NCBI RefSeq assembly: GCF_001194135.2
Contig: NC_068981.1
Span: 157,271,320 to 157,335,319 of the forward strand
DNA: 64,000 bases
DNA from: Octopus bimaculoides
Lineage: Eukaryota
Direction of reading: 5' to 3'
A program made the translations under genes and the position numbers. Within the stretch, counting starts at the first letter, position 1. The number at the start of each line of letters is the position of its first letter. Under the pieces are notes generated by a model that worked only from the letters and a program-made list of their open reading frames with translations, did no database searches and had not been told where the DNA came from. Of this stretch, positions 1 through 11,399 are shown piece after piece.

Positions 1-46
1 GCACTCCAGTGGTGAACTACGAGGAAATAAAAGATTATATAAAATG
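1..46 (+). CDS. Uncharacterised gene, internal exon A (5'-incomplete; ...TPVVNYEEIKDYIK, ends phase 2)
   Basis: Open frame from nt 3, followed by the canonical donor TG|GTGAGT at 47-52. The phase-2 end joins the T at 5584 to give TGT (Cys). Confidence 0.5.
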
Positions 47-144
47 GTGAGTAGTTTTATTTTGGATAAATTATTGAGATAATTTTCAAAAGAACTATCG
101 AAGACTGTGAAAGGAACTATTAAGAACTGTTGAAATAATTGAAA

Positions 145-290
145 TAACGCGGCCGCCCCGGGGTGGGGCTGGGGTGGCCGTCCCATCATCATTGTTTAAT
201 TTCATTGTTCCATTCTATCATGTGTTAATTGTCCCCGCATGTGTGTATTGTCCCATCTGTGTTTAGCCCCTTGTCGGTAATAAAGAAATT
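145..290 (+). mobile_element. 3' tail of an L1/Tx1-like LINE or LINE-tailed SINE
   Basis: TGTTTAGCCCCTTGTnGGyAATAAAGAAAT tail, also seen at about 6127-6160 (-) and 40735-40770 (+). Confidence 0.45.
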
Positions 291-291
291 G

Positions 292-462
292 GTATTTCGT
301 CTGTTTTTAGGTTTTAAGTTTGAATTCCGCCGCGGTCGACTTTGCCTTTCATCCTTTAGGGGTCGATCAAATTAGTACCAGTTACGTACTAGGGTCAATA
401 TAATTGACTTAATCACTTCTCCCAAAATATGAGGCCTTATGCTTCCAGTGGAAAGGATTTAT
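292..462 (+). mobile_element. tRNA-derived SINE, family 2, 5'-truncated
   Basis: GTTyrAATTCCGCC..GGTCGACTTTGCCTTTCATCCTTT core shared with more than 20 copies in the window. Confidence 0.7.
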
Positions 463-563
463 TAAAGTTGAAAAAGTGTGAGACACTGACAGTCACATTT
501 ATTGTATTAGATATGTTTAATTTTGAAGAAACTTTATTTCAATTAAAGTATATTTTATAGATA

Positions 564-760
564 CAGGGGTTGGACAAAATAATAGAAACACCTTAAAATT
601 TCAAACAAATTCATTTTAATATGGGGTAGGACCGCCTTTGGCAGTAATTACGGCTTGAATTCTACGAGATATGGACTCGTACAAAGTTTGAATTGTTTCC
701 AAAGGAAATTTTGTTCATTCTTCTGCTAAAACAGTCTCCAGTTCTGAGAACGAATCAAAT
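564..760 (-). mobile_element. Tc1-like transposon 3' end (TIR plus transposase C-terminus)
   Basis: TA|CAGGGGTTGGACAAAATAAT terminal repeat; minus strand reads ...LETIQTLYESISRRIQAVITAKGGPTPY*, a Tc1 transposase C-terminus. Confidence 0.75.
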
Positions 761-1244
761 TGAGCTGGCGTGTATGAAGTGAAAGCCTAAAAGAAGGAAC
801 ATGGGAGATGGACACAAGAGGTGTTGGCGGTCGGCAGCATGTGTGCATGTATGTATGCATATATGTATGTGTACACGTATGCATGTATGTATAAATGCAT
901 CATGTTGGCCATGTATGGTGTACCTATTATATGCGCAGGCCTTGGTTGGGTGTCTTTCCTTAGGAAAACTAGTAGTTATCCGCATGAACAAGTCTCCCCT
1001 TAACCCGTCTCAGCGTCACTTTACTTAAAGGCTGATATAACTGGGCACATGTATCTTCGCCGTATGAATGCAAATCTACCGGCACAGACACCCCAAAGCA
1101 TCTCATCCACCAACACACCACCCAAGATTGGTAACTTGTTTTTACCAACTCCGAAAGAATTAAAATTAAAGTTGATTGCGGCTAAATTCGAACTCCGAGC
1201 GTAAAGAGTTCGAAGAGATGCCGCGAGACATTCTGCACCCCTAC

Positions 1245-1700
1245 CTCTCTCTGTCTGTCTGTTTTTTTGCCAGTCTGCCTGCCTGCTTGTCTGTCAGCCT
1301 GTTTGCCTGCCTGCCTGTCTGCCTGTCTTTTTGCCTGTCTGCCTACCTGCTTTTCTGTCAGTCTGTCTGCCTGCCTGCCTGCCTGCCTGTCTGTCTGTCT
1401 GTCNNNNNNNNNNNNTCTGCCTGCTTGTCTGTCTGTCTTTTTGTCTGTCTGCCTGTCTGCCTGCCCGTTTATCTCTCAGCCTGTCTACCTGCCTGCCTGT
1501 CTGTCTGCCTGCCTGTCTGCCTGCCTGTTTGCCTGTCTGTCTGTCTTTATGCCTGTCTGCCTGACTGCCTGCCTGCTTGTCTGTAAGCCTGTCTGCCTGC
1601 CTGATTGCCTGTCTGGCTGTCTTTTTGCCTGTCTGCCTGCTTGTCTGTCTGTCTGTATGTATGTATGTATATGTCTGTATGTACGCTTCTGTGCGCGCGC
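1245..1700. repeat. Compound (CCTG/TCTG)n tetranucleotide microsatellite
   Basis: Seen directly; contains a 12-N gap. Confidence 0.95.
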
Positions 1701-2772
1701 GCGCGTACCTGCCTGAGTGTATACATGTACACACAAGGTGAAGTACCTTTTTACTCAACAATAAGTTTAAGGTGCACCAACATCAGAGTCAACAGCACCA
1801 TTGAGAAAAGTGTTAACAGACAAAAGAATATAAAATAACTATTGTGTTGTTGCTGTTGTTATTGTGTAACCCCATCCCTCCCTCCACGCTGAAACCACTA
1901 AAGAAAAGCCGTCACTGTCCATTTTATGTTCAAACATAATTATTTAACGCGTCCGTCCTTATTTAAGAAGCTAGAGTTTAATTATGATGGCTATTTGGTT
2001 GTTATTTCTAGTGTGTCGAGTGACCACTTAAAGGATTTGCCCTCTTGATATATTTGTAATAGGATTTTAAACAATATAAGCATTGAAAGTGTGACAACAC
2101 TCCTCAATTTAAGAGCATTGTAATAACACTCCTCAAACTCACTTGTTGAGGTAATGGTAGTAGTAGTAGTAGTGGTGGCAGCAACAGCAGCAACAGAAGC
2201 AGCAGCAGCAGCAGTTCTAGTTATTGTTGTTGTCAGTTTGCCTCAAGACATGATTTTATTTTATTTTCATGAATATTGAACCTCAGACTAGCTCATCAAA
2301 TGGAATGGCATTGTGTTACTTGAGGAAAATTTGGCTGCTATTTCAGCATTATTGGNNNNNNNNNNNNNNNNNNNNNNNNNNNNNNNNNNNNNNNNNNNNN
2401 NNNNNNNNNNNNNNNNNNNNNNNNNNNNNNNNNNNNNNNNNNNNNNNNNNNNNNNNNNNNNNNNNNNNNNNNNNNNNNNNNNNNNNNNNNNNNNNNNNNN
2501 NNNNNNNNNNNNNNNNNNNNNNNNNNNNNNNNNNNNNNNNNNNNNNNNNNNNNNNNNNNNNNNNNNNNNNNNNNNNNNNNNNNNNNNNNNNNNNNNNNNN
2601 NNNNNNNNNNNNNNNNNNNNNNNNNNNNNNNNNNNNNNNNNNNNNTCGATGTAATCGACTATCTCCCTCCCCTGAAATTGCTGGCCTTGTGCCAAAATTT
2701 GAAACCAATAATTTTTTACACCACGACAAATGTAATTTTAATTAATTAAACATTTCTGCGTATTTCTTTTCC

Positions 2773-2990
2773 ATTATAGGCACAAGACCTGAAGTTTGGG
2801 GGAGGTGGATTGTCGATTACATCGACCCCAGTACTCAACTGATACTTAATTTATCAACTTCGAAAGGATGAAAGGTAAAGTCGACCTCGGCGGAATTTGA
2901 ACTCAGAACGTAGCGACGAGCGAAATACCGCTAAGCATTTCGTCTAGCGTGCTAACAACTCTGCCAGCTCTCCGCCTTACTATTACTGAT
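2773..2990 (-). mobile_element. SINE family 2 copy
   Basis: Full head GGCGGAGAGCTGGCAGAGTTGTTAGCACGC, B-box-like GTTCTGAGTTCAAATTCC and family core. Confidence 0.8.
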
Positions 2991-4559
2991 AATAATCCTT
3001 TCTACTTCTATGGGGGCCACACTTTTAAGCCTTGGCTTATACGACTGGGAAGGGGTGGATAATTTAAGTGTTGTACCGCTTGGTACGCACTCCATCGATA
3101 TGAGGTATAGGCCAGCGTGTAGCGCAAGTGTACCAACTGTTTCTTCACCTCTTACTCTGTTTTTAGTATCAGGTTTACTGTTCCATACACTGGTCTCTTC
3201 TGATATAGCAGTCCTCTAGCCATCAACGGAAAAGGCCTTTAGAAATCTGCCTCTGGTGCATGATGAACTCCTTTTTGCTATTCAACGGTATGTCACCGTC
3301 TCCTAAATCAGGGATGCACAACCTTTATCGTGTAAAGGGTAAATCGTGAATTCAATCACTTAAGGCGGGCCGCAAAGGATATCATATAATTTAGATAATC
3401 AAGAAACATACAAAAGCAATAGTATAGAAAAGGTTAACGAAGACATGAAAGAAACTAATATAAGGAGATATAATAGTAAAAGTTAAATACTGTAGGCAAC
3501 GCTAATTCAAACGGATTTGCAAGCCCACAAAATATTCGTTGGGAATCAAAGACAGTTACCTCTCCTGATCAAACATTCTAGAAAATTCCAGAAAATTCTA
3601 GGCGAACGTGATTAACCCTACCTGTGCTAAAGTACTACGCATAACTTCAAAGTAACACGCAGGAGATCGCTAGTAGAACATCGCCTATTTAAGCGGCATT
3701 CCCGCTTAAACCAGCCTCTCTTCTCTAACCGCTTCTTCTAGACACAACAAGGTCCACAACGACCTAGAGAGATGAATTCGATATCTGATTTCCTACCAAT
3801 AGCTCAATATGGTATTCTACGTCTAGTGCCCGTGGAAAGTAAATCTTGTAGCTTGATTTATTTCTATTTTCTCAAAGTCATCATGGAACATGGTAAGTTG
3901 TTCAAAACCTTTCTTCTTCCCAGAAATCTTTATTGAACATTGTATACTCACTGTACGCATTCATTTATCACATGTTGAAATAGAATCTTGAACATGAATC
4001 TATTCACACAGGATGAGTATTATTGTCTTTTATTGCACAGAGGTATTTAATGGTTATTGGGTTAATGATTCAGTCCAATTATTTAAGTGCTGACGTTTTT
4101 ATCAGCGACTTCCCACGCTAAAATACTATTATGTGCGTTTTCAGTGTGTGATTGTGGTTCAAGCAGTTCGCTAAGTTAATTTTCAGTAATTTATTAAAAC
4201 GAGAACGTCACAAATCTGCAGAATATGGTGGAGTTCAGACTAGAAAAGAGCAGTAGCATCAGCAGCAGTTACGATAACACTTGCTTCTGATTAACGCATG
4301 AGACCAGCAGTTTTAGTGTGGAGGGGCTAAGCAGATACCATTGGTATTTCTACTTGATAAGTACTTTATTTTATTCACCACCCCAACCCCTACCCAGAAG
4401 GATGTTAGGCAAAGCTTATGTAGGTGGAATTTGAATTTAGAACGTAAAGATTCGGAACAAATAATGTAGAGCGTTTTGTCTGACGTGCTAACGATTTTGT
4501 CTATTCACCGCCCCTAGTAATCAGGTTGATCATCATCATCATGATCAGGATGATAATAA

Positions 4560-4780
4560 TGGTTTCAAATTTTGGCACAAGACCAGCAATTTCGGGGGGA
4601 GGGGATAAGTCAGTTAAATTGACCCCAGTGATTAACTGGTACTTATCTTATTGACCCCCAATGGGATGAAAGGCAAAGTCAACCTCGGTGGAATTTGAAC
4701 TCAGAATATAACGATGGACGAAATGCTGCTAAGCATTTTGTCCAGCTTGATAACGACTCTACCAGCTCGCCAACTTCCTT
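4560..4780 (-). mobile_element. SINE family 2 copy, abutting (AAT)n
   Basis: Family core and head match other copies. Confidence 0.8.
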
Positions 4781-4792
4781 AATAATAATAAC

Positions 4793-4823
<31 letters not shown>

Positions 4824-4837
4824 TTAAGAAGAAGAAT

Positions 4838-4894
4838 AGGCACACAGAGCTGCGCTCGGTAGTGAAGTGAAAGCACGTTATAAAAATAAAACTA

Positions 4895-4899
<5 letters not shown>
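4838..4899 (+). mobile_element. 62-bp 3'-terminal fragment of an R4/Dong-like non-LTR element
   Basis: 61/62 identical to 5264-5325; flanked by (AAT)n. Confidence 0.75.
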
Positions 4900-4929
<30 letters not shown>

Positions 4930-4947
4930 TAATAATAATAATAATAA

Positions 4948-5325
4948 TGCTTTCCAATTGATGTATCAATACCAGCAGATGACAACGTTTCTCTAAAAGA
5001 AATGGAAAAACTTTCAAAATACAAAGACCTGGAAATAGAGATAACTCGAATGTGGAATCTAAAAACAGAAACAATTCCTATCATCGTAGGTGCCTTAGGT
5101 ATAATAAAAAAATATTCAGACAAATACATAACAAAAATAGCAGGACTTACAAATATATATACCATACAGAAAATTGCACTACTGGGTACTGCACACATTC
5201 TACGCAAAACACTTTCAATACAGTAAACATAAAAGCACCACAGCAAACCACAGCACATACCCAAGGCGCACAGAGCTGCGCTCGGTAGTGAAGTGAAAGC
5301 ACGTTATAAAAATAAAACTACTGAA
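4948..5325 (+). mobile_element. 5'-truncated R4/Dong-like (RLE-type) non-LTR retrotransposon: endonuclease C-terminus plus 3' UTR
   Basis: IDVSIPAD...KEMEKLSKYKDLEIEITRMW...PIIVGALG...QKIALLGTAHILRKTL matches the restriction-like endonuclease C-terminus of RLE elements; embedded in (AAT/AAC)n. Clade assignment is inferred. Confidence 0.75.
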
Positions 5326-5369
5326 CAACAACAACAACAACAACAACAATAATAATAATAATGGTGGTG

Positions 5370-5405
<36 letters not shown>

Positions 5406-5583
5406 ATTTTAACACAAGCATAAGGTCTAACATTTGTGTGGATATTATAGAACTTGATTGGTATTTCTTTTAACGACTTCGGTAAAATGAAAGAGTGGTG
5501 ACCCTAATTGAATTTGAACTCAAAACGTAAAGGTACGTTACTAATTCGTAATCCTTCTTTTATATCTTGTTTCTTCTTCACAG

Positions 5584-5977
5584 TAAAACAAGCAACACAT
5601 TTGACCCACGTCGGTTTAAATTGAATGAGGAAAGAATCAAACACCATTTACGCCAAGATGCGTCAAAGAAAGAGACAAAAAGTAGTAAATGTAATATTCC
5701 TGACCCAAAGAACAGCAGCAATTCTTTATCAAACAGCAAAAGTAACAACAAAGAATATAGGCGACAGTACTGCGCTAAGTCTTTATCAAACAGCATCAAT
5801 TCTTCCACAGTTAGTTTAGAATCGACTCCAATCATCTCGAAGCAAATGGTTGAAAGAGGAACCATGGCTTGTATGCCACACTTATACACTATTTCTATGG
5901 AGAAATCTCAAGCGAGACGAAAGGACCATATCATATTAAAGGACAAGAATGGGCATTGCGTTGGTTATGCTATACCT
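5584..5977 (+). CDS. Uncharacterised gene, exon B (KTSNTFDPRRFKLNEERIK...KDHIILKDKNGHCVGYAIP)
   Basis: Lies inside ORF 5567..6019. Polypyrimidine tract plus CACAG acceptor at 5579-5583; donor CCT|GTAAGT at 5978; 394 nt, phase 2 in and phase 0 out; not repeat-like. Confidence 0.75.
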
Positions 5978-6126
5978 GTAAGTATAATTATATACCACAG
6001 TATATACAGCTCCCTGTAAGACCACAATATAATTATGTAGTTGTTTCGGTCAATCAGTATATATTACCAGTACTTATAGGGAAAAGGAAAAAAAGTTCAT
6101 GCTGTTCTAGGCAGAATTCTTATTTT

Positions 6127-6350
6127 TTTATTGCCCACAAGGGGCTAAACATAGAGGGGACAAACAAGGTCAGACAAATGGATTTAGTCGAATACATCGA
6201 CCCAGTGCGTAACTGGTACTTAATTTATCGACCCCGAAAGGATGAAAGGCAAAGTTGACCATGGCGGAAATTGAACTCAGAACGTAACGGAAGACGAAAT
6301 ACCGCTAAGCATTTCGCCCAGGGTGCTAACGTTTCTGCCAGCTTGCCGTT
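6127..6350 (-). mobile_element. SINE family 2 copy with the alternative Tx1-like 3' tail
   Basis: Family 2 head and core followed by ...GTTTAGCCCCTTGTGGGCAATAAA. Confidence 0.7.
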
Positions 6351-7790
6351 CAAGGCAGATTTCTATCGATATTTCACTCCCAAGATGCTGCTCAATCTGA
6401 TGCTATATAGTAGAAGACATGTATCCAATGTACCACACTGCACAGTAGGATTGAACCCAGATTCATATGACTGCAAAATGGATTTAACCATACTCATGTT
6501 TCTAGCTGTATTTTAACCTTATTCGTCCAGTATCGTTGTAATGGTGACAGAAATTGGTTGCCGAATTGTGGTCAACACTAACTTTTATCGTCCGGGTATT
6601 GATAACATAATCATAGAAATAGTGCTAATTCGATCGCGATTTATACCTTAAAAACAGGCCATTTAATAAAAATAATAATAAGTATTTTTTTAATTTTTTT
6701 TTTTACTTGCTAGCCCTAGAGGAATGGACAGTGCAAGCGCTTTAGACGTTGAGATTTATGCTATTAATGTTCTTCTGGAACTTTTCTAATTTAATAATTG
6801 CTGGAAAGATATAAACATGAAAGAAGGGAAGAAAGACTGGATAGAGTGGTTAGTGTGGGACCTGGGGCGAAGTTAGACACAACAAGGGTGATGAGAGGAA
6901 GGGAGAAAAGTAGGTTGAGAATATCAGAGTGGAGGTGGTATGGACCGAGCCAGCGAAAATATAATGATATTTATGGAGTTCTGCAAATAGTATATTTTAT
7001 TTCTTTCACTTGTCAAACTTATCATATAAATCGCAGATTAAGATTACTAGAATCTGTCTGTCTATATGTCTGTCTCTGTCTCTCTGTTTCTTTCTCTTTC
7101 TCCCTTTCATATTAATAATAAACTGAATGATTACGACATCCGTAAGAAATGCTTTTATTATATACCTGTCTTTACCTTTTTCCTTCTTTAAAGTTGATAA
7201 TTTAATTTAATCTAATGCAATACTAAATAGGCCCTAGATTCATGACCACATCGTACTGATGAAATCCAAACAGATTTGAAATAACAGTTAAATAAGAATG
7301 TTAAGGATTCTATGATTAAAAAATAAAAGGCAGAAAATTTGATCCAATAAATGCACGAATATATTTTATTTATTTTACTTCACCAACGAAAAAATAATAT
7401 ATATATATATATATAATAAATGGAGAAAAACGCATATAATCAATAAGTTCCTTTAATTCCTACATATGTTTCAAAAATTATATGCACTCTACTCCAAAGA
7501 AGTTGTTTATTGTGTCCAAAAATTAATACTACCTAATCTTATTGAAGTTTTCTCCTTTGCATATTGTTTTATATTTTAAACACCGTCTACAGGAAGTTTA
7601 TTTTACTAATTGCTTGGATAATATCACTTTGTCAAAGATTTTCAACTCTCTACATTAAATATGTGAAACCCTAATTTATATCTGTTATGTTGAAAGGTCG
7701 ACACTATATTCTTTGATATAATTATACTGTTAATACTGGTGATAAAATTCAGTACAAAAATTCAAAATCAATTATTGCCTTTCTCGTTAG

Positions 7791-7901
7791 CTAGACACAA
7801 GGAAATGGGTTGCTGAGTCACGTGATGAGCAAGAAAGGAGCAGCAGTATGTCTTCGATGATACCATATGGCCAAAATAACACTGATAAACACGAACAACA
7901 A
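7791..7901 (+). CDS. Uncharacterised gene, exon C (LDTRKWVAESRDEQERSSSMSSMIPYGQNNTDKHEQQ)
   Basis: Acceptor TTGCCTTTCTCGTTAG|; 111 nt open frame, phase 0/0; donor CAA|GTATTA. Reads on from exon B as GYAIP-LDTRKW. Confidence 0.65.
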
Positions 7902-7972
7902 GTATTAATATTCTCTTTTTATTTCTTTATTTCTCCTTGTATGTATGAACATATGCATATATGTGTGCATAT

Positions 7973-8332
7973 TGTTGTTGGCATTCCGTCGCTTACGACG
8001 TCGAGGGTTCCAGTTGATCCGATCAACGGAATAGCCTGCTCGTGAAATTAACGTGCAAGTGGCTGAGCACTCCACAGACACGTGTACCCTTAACGTAGTT
8101 CTCGGGGATATTCAGCGTGACACAGAGTGACAAGGCTGACCCTTTGAATTACAGGCACAACAGAAACAGGAAGTAAGAGTGAGAGAAAGTTGTGGTGGAC
8201 GAGTACAGCCTCGTGGAGCTTTAGGTGTGGTGTTTTCGCTCAATAAACACTTACAGCGCCCACTCTGGGAATCGAAACCGCGATCCTATGACCGCGAGTC
8301 CGCTGCCCTAACCACTGGGCCATTACGCCTCC
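7973..8332 (-). mobile_element. tRNA-derived SINE, family 1, full length with 10-bp TSD
   Basis: A-box TGGCCCAGTGG, B-box GGTTTCGATTCC, (CAA)n tail; TSD GTGTGCATAT at 7963-7972 and 8333-8342. Confidence 0.9.
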
Positions 8333-8375
8333 GTGTGCATATATGCATCCATGTATCAATGTTTTATATATCATA

Positions 8376-9795
8376 CTAGTAAACGTACCCTCCCCCCAGT
8401 CCATTGGATGGTTTGTATAGGTGAAGAGCGCTAACTTGGATGGTGTTAAGTTGTGGAGATGTTTGGTGAATGTATGGGGTTGTTACTTTTAGTTAGGGCA
8501 TTAAAGATTCCTGAGACGTTAAAACTATTGACTGTTTCTTCTAAATAAGGAAAATTGATTGATAGTGAATCTTAACGCAGTGAACCTTTTCAAAATTGTC
8601 ATGAGGCCAATATATGCAACTTCCAGTGGAACTGGACATCATAATTAGCCTTAAACTTTTTGCATTCAAACACTTTCACATTAGGATAAGCACAATGTAC
8701 TCTTCCTTAATACATGCATCATGTTGACACCTATATGTCAGACTGAACACTGTTTTATTTCCAAAGTGAATATTGCAAGTAATATTTAAGCAATAAACAG
8801 TTCTTTGGTTTTTGCATTTGACGACTGTTGCTTTACGTATTTTCTTTCGATTTTCACTGGCGTAGTGGTAGAACTATGGGATAAGTAACATTAGTTTCGA
8901 ATAAAAATATAAATGGAAGTTTTAGTCATCCGATGGACAGGCAGACAGAAACTGCTACTCAATAAAGGCGCAAGAATGTATTGGGAAGTCTCTCTTCTTT
9001 CAAAAACCAACACAAAAAGAGTTGCAACTCGGGGGTGAGAAAATACAATGTGCAATAAAATAACATAAGGCATGTTCTTTGCAAATCAATTTTATCACAA
9101 AAATTGAACGATACCGTTAATTTTTTAAAGTTGGATGAGAAATGTTACGCAAGGTTTTAGATGTAACCCACCCAAATTTTTCATGTTTTATAAGCAATCA
9201 ATTAGTCTTTTCTATTTTCAATTGAATTTTGTTGAGAATATTTCAGAAAATTGAGTAATCACCAGTTATTTATTTTCACTTAAAGTAACTACCTTTTCCT
9301 AGTAGTTTTTCATGTCAGCTGGTTTATTGCACAAAAAAAAACAGCCGTAAGAACACATTTGACCACGAATGCACGTGGTTGATTACAGTTGATTAAAGTT
9401 AGAGTGATATTGATTTTTTTTAACCGCTTACAAACGTGTGAAAGTGCAGAAATGAATACAGCTGTTCGTTGTCAAATATTTAAGTCAAGATGGGACTGTA
9501 TTTACAAATAGCAAGCTTTATTTACATATATCTGTCATTTAAATCGGAAAACATAGAAATGAATTGTTTAGAACGTCGGTTAATGAACAGGATGGCGGAG
9601 GAAACAGGACAAAAAGATTACAAAAATAGCAATTCTCACTTTAAAACCGACAATTTTGAAAATCTTTTTAGATTACGGAATGCCCCGCACTCTCATGTAT
9701 CCCTGTTTAAAATTTCAGGGCGATCGGATGAACAATGCTCGAGTTATAAGCGCACAAAAAACAGATAGACAGAACCGGAGTTATATATTATATTA
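8376..9795 (-). mobile_element. Possible degenerate non-autonomous Helitron
   Basis: Minus strand ends GGGTACGTTTACTAG|T, like the other Helitron 3' ends here, but no clear hairpin; 5' boundary uncertain. Confidence 0.3.
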
Positions 9796-9804
9796 TATTA
9801 TATA

Positions 9805-10701
9805 CTAGCATAAATACCCGGCTTTGCCCGGGTTAAAGAGAATAATGAAATCTAAAAACGCCGTCTAGACTACGCAACCCTCAACTGTTAGTAGCTACGA
9901 TACCATATTTCTACATTAATAACTCTCCAATCCATGCCAGCATGGAACATAGACATTAAGTGGAATGCCAGTGTCTCATCTAGGAGGGCCTTGAAATCAA
10001 TGTTACCAACTGGGGACTATGTGTGTCGTAGTGATAATAAAAAGACCCAAAGGAGGTCTGCAACGAAATAATTTTACTCAACACTTTGCTAGTGAATCAG
10101 TGGAGGCAAAGATGCGTCTCATTTACTTGACAATTTATGCACCACNNNNNNNNNNNNNNNNNNNNNNNNNNNNNNNNNNNNNNNNNNNNNNNNNNNNNNN
10201 NNNNNNNNNNNNNNNNNNNNNNNNNNNNNNNNNNNNNNNNNNNNNNNNNNNNNNNNNNNNNNNNNNNNNNNNNNNNNNNNNNNNNNNNNNNNNNNNNNNN
10301 NNNNNNNNNNNNNNNNNNNNNNNNNNNNNNNNNNNNNNNNNNNNNNNNNNNNNNNNNNNNNNNNNNNNNNNNNNNNNNNNNNNNNNNNNNNNNNNNNNNN
10401 NNNNNNNNNNNNNNNNNNNNNNNNNNNNNNNNNNNNNNNNNNNNNNNNNNNNNNNNNNNNNNNNNNNNNNNNNNNNNNNNNNNNNNNNNNNNNNNNNNNN
10501 NNNNNNNNNNNNNNNNNNNNNNNNNNNNNNNNNNNNNNNNNNNNNNNNNNNNNNNNNNNNNNNNNNNNNNNNNNNNNNNNNNNNNNNNNNNNNNNNNNNN
10601 NNNNNNNNNNNNNNNNNNNNNNNNNNNNNNNNNNNNNNNNNNNNNNNNNNNNNNNNNNNNNTATACGTGTACATATACATGTATATGTATACATATACAT
10701 C

Positions 10702-10732
<31 letters not shown>

Positions 10733-11058
10733 CTCTGAAAGTATCTGTCATTACAGTATTGAAATGTGATTGTTTCAGTTAGTAGAATAGTTTCATTTTT
10801 AAAGTGAAAGTATTTGACATGAGTGTTTTTGTTTCACTTTTGACACGTAATACTTAAATAGTGGAGGAGATATTATGTTGCCGTAGGCTCGAACTCTGCA
10901 AGAAGTTAACATTTTTTTGACTAAAACACAACTGGAACCCTAAATAAGGCATCTGTAAAATTTGAATGAAATTGGTTGCGTAGTTCTCGAGTTTTAGGGA
11001 TTCACACACACAGACAGACAGACAGACAGACACACATTCTCATTTTTATATATAGAGA
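9805..11058 (-). mobile_element. Non-autonomous Helitron (spans an N-gap)
   Basis: A|TCTCTATATATAAAAATGAG 5' end; CCCGG-GCAAAG-CCGGG hairpin then CTAG|T 3' end; A|T target site with no TSD; 5' part matches 25270-25560. Confidence 0.85.
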
Positions 11059-11399
11059 TTATGCGTGAGTGAGTGTGTGCGAACGATTGCATGTTAACTT
11101 TTTTATCAGGAAAATGTTGACAGTGACGTCGAAGTTTAGGTTTGTTCGCCGTCATCAGACTCTGGTTTACTTTGGTTCTTTCAGGATTTTAGCAGGTTTT
11201 TTTCATATGGTAGGTGGTGTAATGAGAATGAGAATTACATAAGTTGTAGGTAGACAGAGGAAGTGGTTGCGTAAAGAAGAGGAATAGAGAAGGAAAGGAA
11301 GAAAATATGTGTTTGTAGAGTATGGATTAAAAGAAATATACAGTGGAGACAGTTATTCTGGTTTGATGCTGCATCCATTTTAGTACGCCAAGGACCGAA

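Noticed and set aside
1176-1838. Seven overlapping ORFs of CLPA/RQAG-type repeats
   Set aside because: Translations of a (CCTG/TCTG)n microsatellite, open in all frames.
2269-2745. Long ORFs spanning N-runs (also 10019-10769 and 51501-52236)
   Set aside because: Artefacts of assembly gaps read as X.
7256-7310. Hammerhead-like core CTGATGA-AATC..GATT-T-GAAA
   Set aside because: One extra base in the core, and no properly paired stem III leading to a UH cleavage triplet. An Infernal search with hammerhead models would settle it.
8255-8332. tRNA-like sequences with A and B boxes (also near 26714, 40146 and 55660)
   Set aside because: They are SINE heads continuous with the SINE body; no cloverleaf or anticodon arm is supported.
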